Positions 22,790-34,019 of a stretch of 64,000 nucleotides of DNA are shown one piece after another. A model generated the notes under the pieces. That model had not been told where the DNA came from. It did no database searches and saw only the letters and a program-made list of their open reading frames with translations. The stretch spans positions 12,462,001 through 12,526,000 of the forward strand of contig NW_026889761.1 of NCBI RefSeq assembly GCF_033153115.1, read 5' to 3'. Position numbers and translations under genes: made by a program. This stretch comes from Saccostrea echinata (taxonomy: Eukaryota). Each line of letters begins with the position of its first letter. Position 1 is the stretch's first letter.

Positions 22790-24207
22790 TGAAATATGGA
22801 GATAACGAACAGTATCCAAGCTCAATGTCCATTAAAACAATACAAATCGGAAGCAGAGGAAACACGAATCTCCAAAAACATCAGAGGTGGGATCAGGTGC
22901 CATGGAGGAGTGAGCACCCCCTCCCCACCGGTCACAACCACCGTGTGCTCATTGTCATGATCGAGAAATAACGGAAAATCCGTCGACAATTCAGTGGGTA
23001 AATAATAGCCTAACAATTAGTTTGAAAAACGTCAGTCAGCATATAATTTAATGATAGATTGTAATTGCTGACAAGGTCATTGTATCGACCACAGAACTTA
23101 CAAAATGATGACCTTAAACGAGACTGTTGATATTCTTGTTTCATCAACTTGCATGTTTGTCAATTACTTACCTCGTTTTTAGAAATTGTTTGCTCTTGCG
23201 TATCGAATCAGCTGAGAGACCTACAACCCATATGCAGGTGATAAGGGTATATTGCTGCATAAGGAAGGGAAGTTAACGATTGAAAAGTTAAAGTCCTCAC
23301 ATTTATCATAAAGTTTTGTTGTTAGATTACTATTAAAGTCTTTTTCTAGTAAAATATCTAAATATGAAACAGATGTGTCAGCCACTGTGGTATCTCTTAT
23401 TCCAAGTTCACTGGGATATATCGTGTCGACATATGAATGGAAATAACTGTTGTTAATTGATAATACCTCGTCGATATAACTAAATATCGAGTTGAAGGCC
23501 ACAGCAAGAGATTTCTTTTTCTCATGTATAAGATTTTGAATAAATTCTGCTTCTTATGAATGCAAAAATAGGTCTGGTAACATTAGGACGCAATTGGTAC
23601 CCATGGTAATTCCAACAGATTGTTGGAAGACTTGGTCTTCAAAGAACACATAGATATTGTCAGATACTCAAGCATCTTTTTAATATAACTTCAGAGTAGT
23701 TGTGTGTAAATAGGAATGTTTTTAACAAAATAATTTTGCAAATGACCAATGACAAGGCAAGTAAATTTACGAGTTCCATTTTTATTGAAAAAAGCAACTG
23801 TCAATGATATCAAAAAAGCCTGAACTTTAATTTATTGTGGGGAATGGTTGTATACAGAATTAGTTTCGATGTTATTGATTTTGTTATTTTTTTGTTATTT
23901 CAATTTTTAAAGAAATTCCTTGGAATTTTTAAGTATCCACATCTGATTTACACCACTTCTCGAATATATTGTTGCATAGAACTCCTGAAGTTTCTCCTTC
24001 ACTGCTGTTAATATTTAAGAGAGGAGTAAAGAAAGAAGCTTGGTAGAACATTACTGGAACCCGCTATGTATCTTTGTTTGAAAGGATTTTATGAAGTTTC
24101 GGAATCCAATATAAATATGGTAATTCAAATTCATTTTGGTTGTTGGGAATATGAAAGATATTCAAAACTGACATATGATTTTGAAGAATTTCCTCCTTAA
24201 AAAGGGA
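22790..24207 (-). mobile_element. Degenerate, 5'-truncated Penelope-like RT element
   Basis: Broken frames encoding [26 protein letters not shown] and SNIP.SPAYG; same 3' UTR as 48474-48700. Confidence 0.88.
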
Positions 24208-24928
24208 GCAATGGGTAGAAGTGAGTGTGCTCGTTAATTACAGGTTTTTCTCCAAGTTGCAAAATTGTCAACAGACACTCTGCAAGCCCCGAGTCTATTA
24301 AAAAGATAAAGGAACTCTTGTTGGAGAAAAACCAGTACACGAAGTCACACAACTTATGGAACATATATAGTCCTAGGGCTTCGTTACTGCTAGCCCCGAG
24401 TCTATTGACAGTAAAAAAGATAAAGGAGCTCTTGTTGGAGAAAAACCAGTACACTAAGTCACACATCTTATGGAACAAATATAGGCCTAGGGCTTCGTTA
24501 CTGACGCAAGTGTTCATGGAAAGAAATACGTTCACTAAGTGTATTGAAACATTTGGATAACATAACTTTTAGAGACTGTAATTTGGTCAAGACTGTCATT
24601 TAGCCAAGGAATATTATTGTTTCCTCTTAATAACAGCCAAGAGAGGTTGCTGGAAATCAATAACCATAAAGCAAAAATACATTCGCAAACTGATTTAAAA
24701 GAAACACTTCATTCACTGTATTTTTATTATTGACATAAAAACATGCATTTTGGTAAAAAGCAAAACAGAAATATAGACCAACAACATTCATAAGAATATA
24801 GACATTAGAGACAAAAATAAAAAGAAAAATTGGGAATTCAATGAACATTTTTGATAATAAATAACTTAAAAAGAAAATGTTAAATATTAACAGGCATTCC
24901 AACTGGAGATATTGTAGCCAATTGTGAT

Positions 24929-27900
24929 CTACGTCGCTGTGCAGTTGCTACATGGCACATCTATTGTTTCAACACTAGCTCCGGAACAAATCGGAGTTCC
25001 ACCGAAGTTACTTTCTTTATGTTGACATTCCCGAGTGCGCTTTTTATAACAATCCCGGAATGGTCCCACCCAGTTTACTGTGCATGCTGACCAAGAAGAC
25101 CAATTTTTAAATTCACCTTCCACTGAAATACATTGTAGTTACATTTGCAAAATGTAAAATAGATGTTCAACATGATATCATTTTTATGATAAGAAAAGTT
25201 TTGATACTTGCAGTTAAAATGATTTAAATTATACATATTTTGAACCTATTTTTACACTTGAAGAATGAAAAAAAATGTTACTTATCAGGTATTATATCGT
25301 AGGATTGACCACTTAGAAATGTATAAAAAAAAACTGTTGCAAAACTTAGAAAGAAAACAACGTAAATGTTTATCTTTTCTTCAACAAGTGCATTAATGGT
25401 CATAAAGCCTTAAAATAAAGATGTTCACAAAATAAACATAAACTCCACATCTTCAACCACAAACTTCGTTAACGACCCAAAGCAGAAAGTATAAATTAAA
25501 AATTAAATCTTTAAAAAGATGGCATGTATTTGCTCTGTTGAATAGATAAAATATTCATTAAAAATGATAAAGGAAGGTAACTAAAACGTTATACCCACCA
25601 TCATTATCATTCACTTCAACTGCGACGTGTTTATAGTAGCGTTGTACAGGCTCACAGGTTGAGAGTCTTTTAATGACTAGAATGTATTTGGTAGGAACCT
25701 CCACTTTTCTATCATCCCTAGGAAAGATCTGCAAGGTCTTATTACCTCCCTCATTTTCATTAAATACTACTTTCAAAGGATCCAACTGCCATCGTTTGTT
25801 AAAATCTGAAATTATATATATATATTTAGAGAGAGAGAGAGAGGTATCTTGTATTTTTCCTTGGGTGGGGGAGGGAGAATCCTTTAGATTATATATAGAG
25901 ATAGGTAGAGGTATATAGCTTTTAAGGGAGCTCCTACTTTTAAGGCAGGATTGTGGAGAGGTGGGCGACTGACTAAGGGTAAAAGCCACTAAATAACACC
26001 TGTTCCAAAAAACTCACTTTTAACCATTTCTATTAACCTCTATTTAGATAATCTTTTGATACTTTAGAATAATCATTGATGTTTATTATGATGCCAACAA
26101 TTGAATTTCTTAAAATTACAGAAAGGGTTCATGACTGAGATAATCTGAAAGTACCTTTATATATTTTAAATTGTCTTACTCTGATCTAGAACGTCTGTAA
26201 ATGTGTATTCGGTTTGAGGCATATTTGGAGGATGAACTACTGTGACTTGAAGAGGATCCAACGAACCCTCTATAATCTTGACTGGTGTCCCTGAAACAAA
26301 AATGACTTTTGTTAGCAATAACAGATATAATTTCAGAATCGTCGCTGGGATCTTAAAAGAGCATTTTCAGATGTGTTTGACATAAAGTACTATGTTTGAT
26401 AAATACAGAGGCGGGTAAAATTATGGGTGAAAAAAAAATACGAAATTATGGAAAATATAGGGGAACCGTAAGTGGATTTTCCTTTTGGTTCATCATATAA
26501 TTTTTTTTTTTTTATAGAAAGTCGTCGATATTTTTCTCGTTTTTTGTTAAGATAAAATTTAAACTGAAAATTGAAAAGTTTATGTTGATTATAATTTGTA
26601 CTATTCAAGGTTTCTCAATTATCAATTTTATTTTCTATCAATTGTAATACGTTTCATTTGTTATAAAATAAGTAATCGTATGACAAAGGAACTTATGATA
26701 TCTACACAAGACAAACGTTATGATATGTAGCTTTGATTTTTTTTTTTACGAGTATAGATAGGGGAAAATATTAGGCACATATATTTATTTTTTTTTTACT
26801 TCTTATCCAAAGATCTGATTAATCTGATAATTACAATACAGTATTTAAAACCTCAAATCTTATGAGGAAAGGGAAAATTAATTAACATATTGCTTTTGCT
26901 ACTACTTCAGATATACATAGAATCAAATCAATATGTAAGGATGAAAAGAACACTGTTTACAGAAAATGTTATGATATCAGTAGAATTTCAAAAGGGTTTA
27001 ATGCGTCACAGTGTTCTTTCAATAATAATGAGATGTCAGGTTTGTGATCAAAAGAGATAACTGAAGAATGAATATTCATTAATTATTAATGGAGATGCTT
27101 GTGTAATGCATAAAATATGGAGATAAAGAACAGTAACCAAACTCAAAAGTCCATTAAAACAATATAAATCGGGAGAAGAGTAAACACTTGACATTTAAAA
27201 ACATCAGAGGTGGGGTGAGGTGCCATGGAGGAGTGAGCATCCCTTGTAGACCGGTCACACCTGCTTGTGCTCAATGTCACGATCGGGCAAACGGAAAAAT
27301 CTGTAGACAATTCAGTGTTCAAATAATGGCCTAAAACCAGCAAAAAAAGATCAGTCAGCATACGACTTAATGATAGATTGTATTTGCTGGCAAGGTCATC
27401 GTATCGACCATAGATCCTGCGAAATGATGACTTTAAACGAGACTGCTGATATCCTTGTTTCATCCATTTGTTTGCCAATAGCTTGCATCGTTTTAGAAAT
27501 TGTTTGTACGTAGAACATGCTTTTGCGTATCGAATCAACTGGGAGACATAAACCCTATTTCCAGGTGATAAGGGTACATTGCTACATAAGTAAGGGAAAC
27601 TGAGGATAGAAAAGTTGAAGTCACCACATTTATCATGAAGTTTTGTTATTCGGTTACCATTAACATCTTATACTAGAAAAGTATCCAAATATGAATCAGA
27701 TGTGCCAGACTTTGTGGTATCTTTTATTTCAAGTTCACTGGGATACAGCGAGTCGACATATGAACGGAAATAACTATTGTTAATTGATAATACGTCGTCG
27801 ATATATTTGAGGGCCACAGCGAGCGTCTTCTTCTCATGTATAAGTTTCTGAATAAGTTCTGCTTCATTTGAATACAAAAAAGACTTGCTAATAACGGGAC

Positions 27901-29783
27901 GCAATTGAAACCCATGGAAATTTCAACAAATTTTTGGAAGACCTAATCTCCAAAAAATATATAGATATTTATTTTCAATCAGAAACTCAAGCATCTTTTA
28001 ATATCTACATCAGAGTATTTGTGTGTAAATCAGAATGTTTTTTTAACAAAATATTTTTGCAAATGACCAATGACAAGGTAAGTAAATTTATGAGTACCAT
28101 TTTTAATTGAAAAAATAACCCAGCTGACTATGATGTCAAAAAGCCTGGATTTTAATTTATCGCGGGGAATGGTTGTATAAAATGCTGAAAATTCGTACGT
28201 TTTGATGTTATTGATTTTGGTAAAACTTTGTGATTACCACATCTGATTTACACCACTTTTCGAATATATTGTTGCACAGTACTCCTGAAGTAACTCCTCC
28301 AGTGCTGTTAATATTTTAGTGATGAGTAAAGAAAGGGGCTTGATAAAACATTTACTGGAACCTGCTATGTATCGATGCATGATTCGAAATTATAATGAGG
28401 TTTGTTTTTCCTTCAAGAGAATCTTTTTATACATACANNNNNNNNNNNNNNNNNNNNNNNNNNNNNNNNNNNNNNNNNNNNNNNNNNNNNNNNNNNNNNN
28501 NNNNNNNNNNNNNNNNNNNNNNNNNNNNNNNNNNNNNNNNNNNNNNNNNNNNNNNNNNNNNNNNNNNNNCTCAGTAATCGGATTACAATATTAAACAAAT
28601 ATAAAAAGAAAACACAAGAATTCTCCGTAAAGCTTTAGCGCTTTCATTAAAAATCTTCAGAAGCTTTTCATTACAAAAATGTATACAACGGTAACATAGT
28701 AACAATGATTATGGCGTTAAACTAAGCGGAACGTTTAATGTCTATATTGTGACGTCATAGATAAAATACTGCAATGATGATGAAAAAGTTCGGGAAAATC
28801 ATAGGTAGTTTATAAGAGACTATTAAGTTTTGGCTTTAGAATACAAATAAAATGTTTTTCTTTTTCCCGTCTCTGGATATCACTGGCACATCTGAGTTTA
28901 TAAAAAGGGAAAATGTTAAATCGTTTTTTTCCACAAGTTTCCAGGTGTGCACTTAACTGGATTTGGAAGGACGGAGAAACTATACCCTTTGTTCACACGT
29001 ACAATCCGAGAAATAAAAACATCAATTCAATTGTTTATGAATTAAATAGCTTACTTAGAGAGGATGAACAAACGAAAACTACATACAAAAACTGTCGTTT
29101 TATCAGCAGTAAACGTCAGCCTAAAAACCTTAAGAGAATACTTTGTTCCTCCCAATTCGCTGACCATAATTATACAGTGTCAAAGTGTACGGACCCTCGC
29201 TGCGGCACATGTGACTACATTACAGAAGGGACGAGTTATAGTTTTAACGGGCGTGAATTTAAAGTTAATGCCAACATGTCATGTGATACGAAAGATGTCA
29301 TATACGCCATCATATGTCCTGGATGCAAAGAATATTATATTGGTGAAACTGGCAACAGTCTCCGTGCCCGTGTACGTGTACATAAGCAACACATCAGTAC
29401 ACCTGAATATAGACAAATCCAGTTAAGTGCACACCTGGAAACTTGTGGAAAAAAACGATTTAACATTTTCCCTTTTTATAAACTCAGATGTGCCAGTGAT
29501 ATCCAGAGACGGGAAAAAGAAAAACATTTTATTTGTATTCTAAAGCCAAAACTTAATAGTCTCTTATAAACTACCTATGATTTTCCCGAACTTTTTCATC
29601 ATCATTGCAGTATTTTATCTATGACGTCACAATATAGACATTAAACGTTCCGCTTAGTTTAACGTCATAATCATTGTTACTATGTTACCGTTGTATACAT
29701 TTTTGTAATGAAAAGCTTCTGAAGATTTTTAATGAAAGCGCTAAAGCTTTACGGAGAATTCTTGTGTTTTCTTTTTATATTTG

Positions 29784-29863
<80 letters not shown>

Positions 29864-31683
29864 GGGAATCAAATTCTTTATAGCAGACATAGTTAATTCA
29901 GGGTCTATTTGAAAAAAAAAATCATGAAAATAAGGTTTTAAGTGTCTTCATTTACTAATTATGAATGAATGAAGTCTAACAATTCAAAAATTCGAAACAG
30001 AAGGTATCCTGTTGAAAATTTCCTATCTTTTTCGGAGACAATCATTAAGCCTAGATTTTCAGTGGGAAAAACCTTTTCAAGAAATGTTATTAATTGCAAT
30101 TGCATTAAGATGTCTAAAGGATTTAAGCACAAAATAACCATTCTAAATCAATAAGAATATCTTTCCCTGAAACAGCGCCTTAAGTAATCAAGACTATATT
30201 TTTAGTTGTATAAAACGTTAATATTTTTCAACGTAATGCGCTTGTGAATAAGCAAGTGATGTAAACTCGTATTCATGATGCTATTTTAGGGTAAGCTCAA
30301 AAAATTATATATAAACATATTAAAGAAGAAAAAAACAAAGGCATAAACTATTCAGTATTTAAATATCATCCCATTTCAATTAAAACATGATGTGCTGCAG
30401 CAATACAAAGTTCTAAGTGATATCCTTGTTTGCTAAATCGGTCCAAAGTGAAGAATTTGCTTCATTTACGTACAATATCCATACATATCCTATAACGGAT
30501 CTAAAATTTGTTTCCTTGACAAAAACGATTTTTAGATGAAATTTTTTTTAATAGGTCTTTACGTTTCTTCAATCTTTTGGATCGAAGAAGACTGTTACTT
30601 CAATCAATAAATATAAACATAAACTTACTGTCATTGTCGACAAAAGTGAATCGGAGAGATTTCAGAGATTTAACGGCATTCGTTTTGTCGTAAACATCCA
30701 CCCGTATGACGAATAATGGATCCACCACATCGTTATCTTCGGCTTTCAAAGAAAAGCCTTTCGGGATACGAGTTAATGTCACAGGAAAAGCTGCACCTGC
30801 TGCTTCATGAAATATGAAATAAATACTGTGTTTAACACTTTTATCACGTAAATGATAAATATTTATGCTTACCAATTCTGTTTCTTTTTCAAGCCTATAT
30901 ATGTAATTGTATAAAATCCACAAAATGATTATTTCAATTCAGGTCTGATATTCACTTCACTTTTGTGATAAAGCTTCACGAACCTCTACATTTAGACGGG
31001 CACTCACGTGACAAGCGATAGTCGAACTCCTTTGTCTCGTCGACAGTTACATTAATAGATCTACCTCCCTCCACAACAAAATCAGAGAGGTACTCAAAAG
31101 CTAGGAAAAGAAATTGATTCATTAAATGTCTATCATTTATTATAGAGTTGAACAAGTATAGCAGGCTAGCCTTTAAATATAACTATTATTACGTTTTTAA
31201 AAATATTTCATTTTGCATTCTATTTCTGGATAATAAGACAATTTTACAACTGAAATGATAAATAAAAACATCTTTGGTTTATAAATGAATAATTATATGT
31301 ATTTAAAAATCCAAGCATGTTAATTACTTATTTTTGCTATAAATTTCAACTTCATAATTACTCACACAAGGATTGCACCTGAGTTCCTACAGGTAAAAAA
31401 ATACAATTAATTTTTTTTGGTACAACATTTATGTGATTTATCTACCATGCTTTAAGATATAATTGTTCTAAAAAGACATAAGATCTCTGATTGCTTTCTT
31501 GCGAGTGAGCCAAACCGTTCTCCAAAGTGGTACTAAACACATATATGTCAGTTCTCTTTGTTTAACACATGCAAACGTAATGGTTTCGTCTATTCTTGTC
31601 AATTCTTGTAAAAATGAAATAAAACCACATCTGTACTTACCAGCAAACAAAAAAGTCGAAATCATAAATAAAGAAAACATCAT
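24929..31683 (-). CDS. Small secreted protein: signal peptide, two Calx-beta-like repeats, C-terminal thrombospondin type-1 repeat (~278 aa model)
   Basis: Exons 31683-31641, 31386-31366, 31100-31008, 30796-30629, 26290-26180, 25805-25599 and 25122-24929, all GT-AG and all phase 1, total 837 nt open. N-terminus MMFSLFMISTFLFAGTQVQSL. Repeats run VVEG...TFVDND and IIEG...VVFNENEGGNKTLQIFPRDDRKVE...VEVNDND. TSP1 reads VEGEFKNWSSWSACT...KRTRECQ...GGTPICSG. An exon could be hidden in the assembly gap. Confidence 0.75.
27112..28375 (-). mobile_element. Degenerate Penelope-like RT element in an intron of the Calx-beta/TSP1 gene
   Basis: Fragments [14 protein letters not shown] and IRYAKACS; family 3' UTR at 27112-27330. 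Confidence 0.88.
28438..28569. other. Assembly gap (N run)
   Basis: Run of n. Confidence 1.
28629..28667 (-). ncRNA. Minimal type I hammerhead ribozyme motif (inverted copy)
   Basis: Exact reverse complement of 29712-29750. Confidence 0.6.
28966..29569 (+). pseudogene. C-terminal fragment of a Penelope ORF: linker, Cys motif and GIY-YIG endonuclease
   Basis: IPFVHTYNP...RQPKNLKRIL...KCTDPRCGTC...MSCDTKDVIYAIICPGCKEYYIGETG...R...H...RREKEKHFI..LKPKLN. The first 18 aa of the ORF-track call come from the inverted arm. Confidence 0.9.
29712..29750 (+). ncRNA. Minimal type I hammerhead ribozyme motif in the Penelope pseudo-LTR
   Basis: AAAGCTT-CTGAAGA-TTTTTAAT-GAA-AGCGCT-A-AAGCTTT: 7-bp stem I, CUGANGA and GAAA core boxes, palindromic stem III, CUA cleavage triplet. 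Stem II is weak. Confidence 0.62.
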
Positions 31684-32705
31684 CTCCTTCTTGGATCGCC
31701 AACTGAATACAAGCAAATTTAGTTAAGATATAAAAGAACCAAGTGATAATCTTTAAGCAACGAGCACTTGGACGAATTAATATATACATCACACATATTA
31801 TCATGGAGCATATTTAAAAAAATAATACAATATTATTGAGTCGATCATTAGTAAATAAATTTTATGATTGAAGAAAGTTTGTAAAAATCACCTTGTAGAA
31901 CTAGCTGGATTGTTTCATTCTGTAGAATCATGATTTTGATTTCATTTAAAGTGCAGTTGATTGAGATCAGACACACAGACAGATTACATGTTTGTACTTT
32001 TGCTGTAAACCACATATGGAATTCCTTACTTAGCTCATTTTCTAAACATATTTGATGTATAATTTGACAAAAAATAAATGTCAAATCAAGTGAAATATTT
32101 CAGAATTAAGCTACTCTTACTTTGCACTAACGAAGGGTTTCAAGTTCATTAAAACATTATTACCTGTTTTTGGCTTTAGTCTTCAGTTCTCATATACCTT
32201 CATGTTTCAAGTCTTTAAGAATTACGCCAACTGCATCGCACAGTTTCAAGAAAGTTGGCATTTTACTTTTCGCCAATATAGGGACGTTTTGAATTTTGAG
32301 AGATAACAATAATTATACTGTAAAGATATTATAAAACCTTCCTTTAATTTATAAAAATACATTGATATTTCCGCTGCTTTTTTCTGCATAATATGTTAAC
32401 GAACAGATTAATATTTTTCAGAAATCAAAACAGGCTATATTGATGGTTGACTAGGTATTTTTTAATTTCATTTTGACGTATTTTTTTTAATTATTATTTT
32501 TAGTTAGAGGAAGTGCATTTTTAAATCCATTCTACACAATTGGAATTAACATGAATACATTTCCTACTAGTACTTTTTTTTCAATTTAAGAGAAGTTAGA
32601 TTTTTCATGTTAACATTTGGCATATACATTGTACTATGGAATCATTTTATTTAGTTGGGATCAATGTTCCTTGAGTAACCAAAATATTTCTGGGTTTTTG
32701 GGACA

Positions 32706-34019
32706 TATGAGGGTTTTCTTGTAAAATCGTGGACAAATGTTTATTTATCAAGTGTAGTTAAGTACATCTTAATATTTTTGATAAATTACAGCAAAAATAA
32801 GGATTTTATTATTTTTGAATGTGTTCAGGGTATGGTGTGGCGCACGACCAAAAATCAGGAAAAATCATGGTTTCGGTTCAGTTATATGGAGATTAAGTAA
32901 TGACGCTTTAAAAAATATCACTACCACTCTAGTGGAATTGGTATTTATTTAAGCTGAAGATTTTTGATGGCGTCCCCGGATAGAACAAAACATACAGATA
33001 ATCAGCTACAGGCAATAATGAAAGACGCTACCACAGAAGACCGTCATTAAAAGATTACCTATTTAGTTTGATGAAATGAAATGTATGGAGATAACGAACA
33101 GTATCCAAGCGGGATCAGGTGCCATGGAGGAGTGAGCATCCCCTGCCGACCGCTCGTATCCGCCGTGTGCTCTTTGTCACCGAGAAATAACGGAAAAATC
33201 CGTCGACAATTCAGTGTGTAAATAATGGCCTAACAATTATTAAAAAAAAAAATAACGTCAGTCAGCATTTGACTTAATGATAAATTGTATTTGTTGACAA
33301 GGTCATTATATGGACCATAGAACTTACGAAATGATGACTTTAAATGAGACTGGTGATATTCTTGTTTCATCAACTTGTTTGTCAATAACCTACCTCGTTT
33401 TCGAAATTGTTCATACGTAGAGCATGCTCTTGCGTATCGAATCAACTGAGAGATATAAACCCCGTATGCAGGTGATGAAGGTATATTGCAGCATAAGTAA
33501 GGGAAGTTGACGATTAAAAAGTTAAACTCATCACGTTTATCATAAAGCTTGGTTGTTAGATTACCATTAACGTCTTTTTCTTGTAAAATATCCAAATATG
33601 AAACAGATGTGTCAGACTCTGTGGTATGAAAGTGAGAGTACTAAATTAAGTCTTCAGAAGGTCCCATGCGTGTGCGAGATTGGTCCTTCGACTGTTTATG
33701 GAGGGATAAAGGGTAACTTAAGTGTGTGCATCAGTGATATCCCCCGAAATTTAAGTCGGCGTAAATCCAGTTTTTTTTTTTCCAAAGCAAAGATGCAACG
33801 TGACGTTGCTTAAGACACTGACTTAATCAACCGTTCGCCGTAAGGCAATACCACACATAACAAAAAATCTAGTATTTTAAGCATATAACTCTAAAAAATT
33901 TGCTATGTATATTGACGAAAAATGTACTAAAGAGAAAGGATAATTTTAGAAACCGGTGTTAATTATTTTTTTACTCCTAGACAACTTGTCCACGTTTTTA
34001 CCGGACAACGTACCTCGTA
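32706..34019. mobile_element. Degenerate Tc1/mariner-type TIR element (TACGAGGG-like ends) with a nested Penelope-like fragment
   Basis: Left end TATGAGGGTTTTCTTGTAAAATCGTGGACAA; right end TTGTCCACGTTTTTACCGGACAACGTACCTCGTA. The same right end occurs at about 42030-42083. Confidence 0.6.
33071..33627 (-). mobile_element. 3' portion of the Penelope-like RT family
   Basis: ORF 33230-33595 (LYDKRDEFNFLIVNFPYL...[11 protein letters not shown]) is nearly identical to 48696-49055. Confidence 0.9.

Larger units (their letters stand above)
28588..29791 (+). mobile_element. 5'-truncated Penelope-like element with GIY-YIG endonuclease and an inverted pseudo-LTR (fold-back)
   Basis: 28588-28965 is the reverse complement of 29414-29791 (378 bp, one mismatch seen). 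The element ends in (TA)n at 29788-29857. Confidence 0.9.

Noticed and set aside
28319-28638. ORFs spanning the N run (also 41584-41792)
   Set aside because: Artefacts of translating assembly gaps.
28913-28965. Start of a 218-aa stand-alone endonuclease gene
   Set aside because: The ATG and first 18 codons are antisense sequence from the inverted arm; the real ORF is 5'-truncated.
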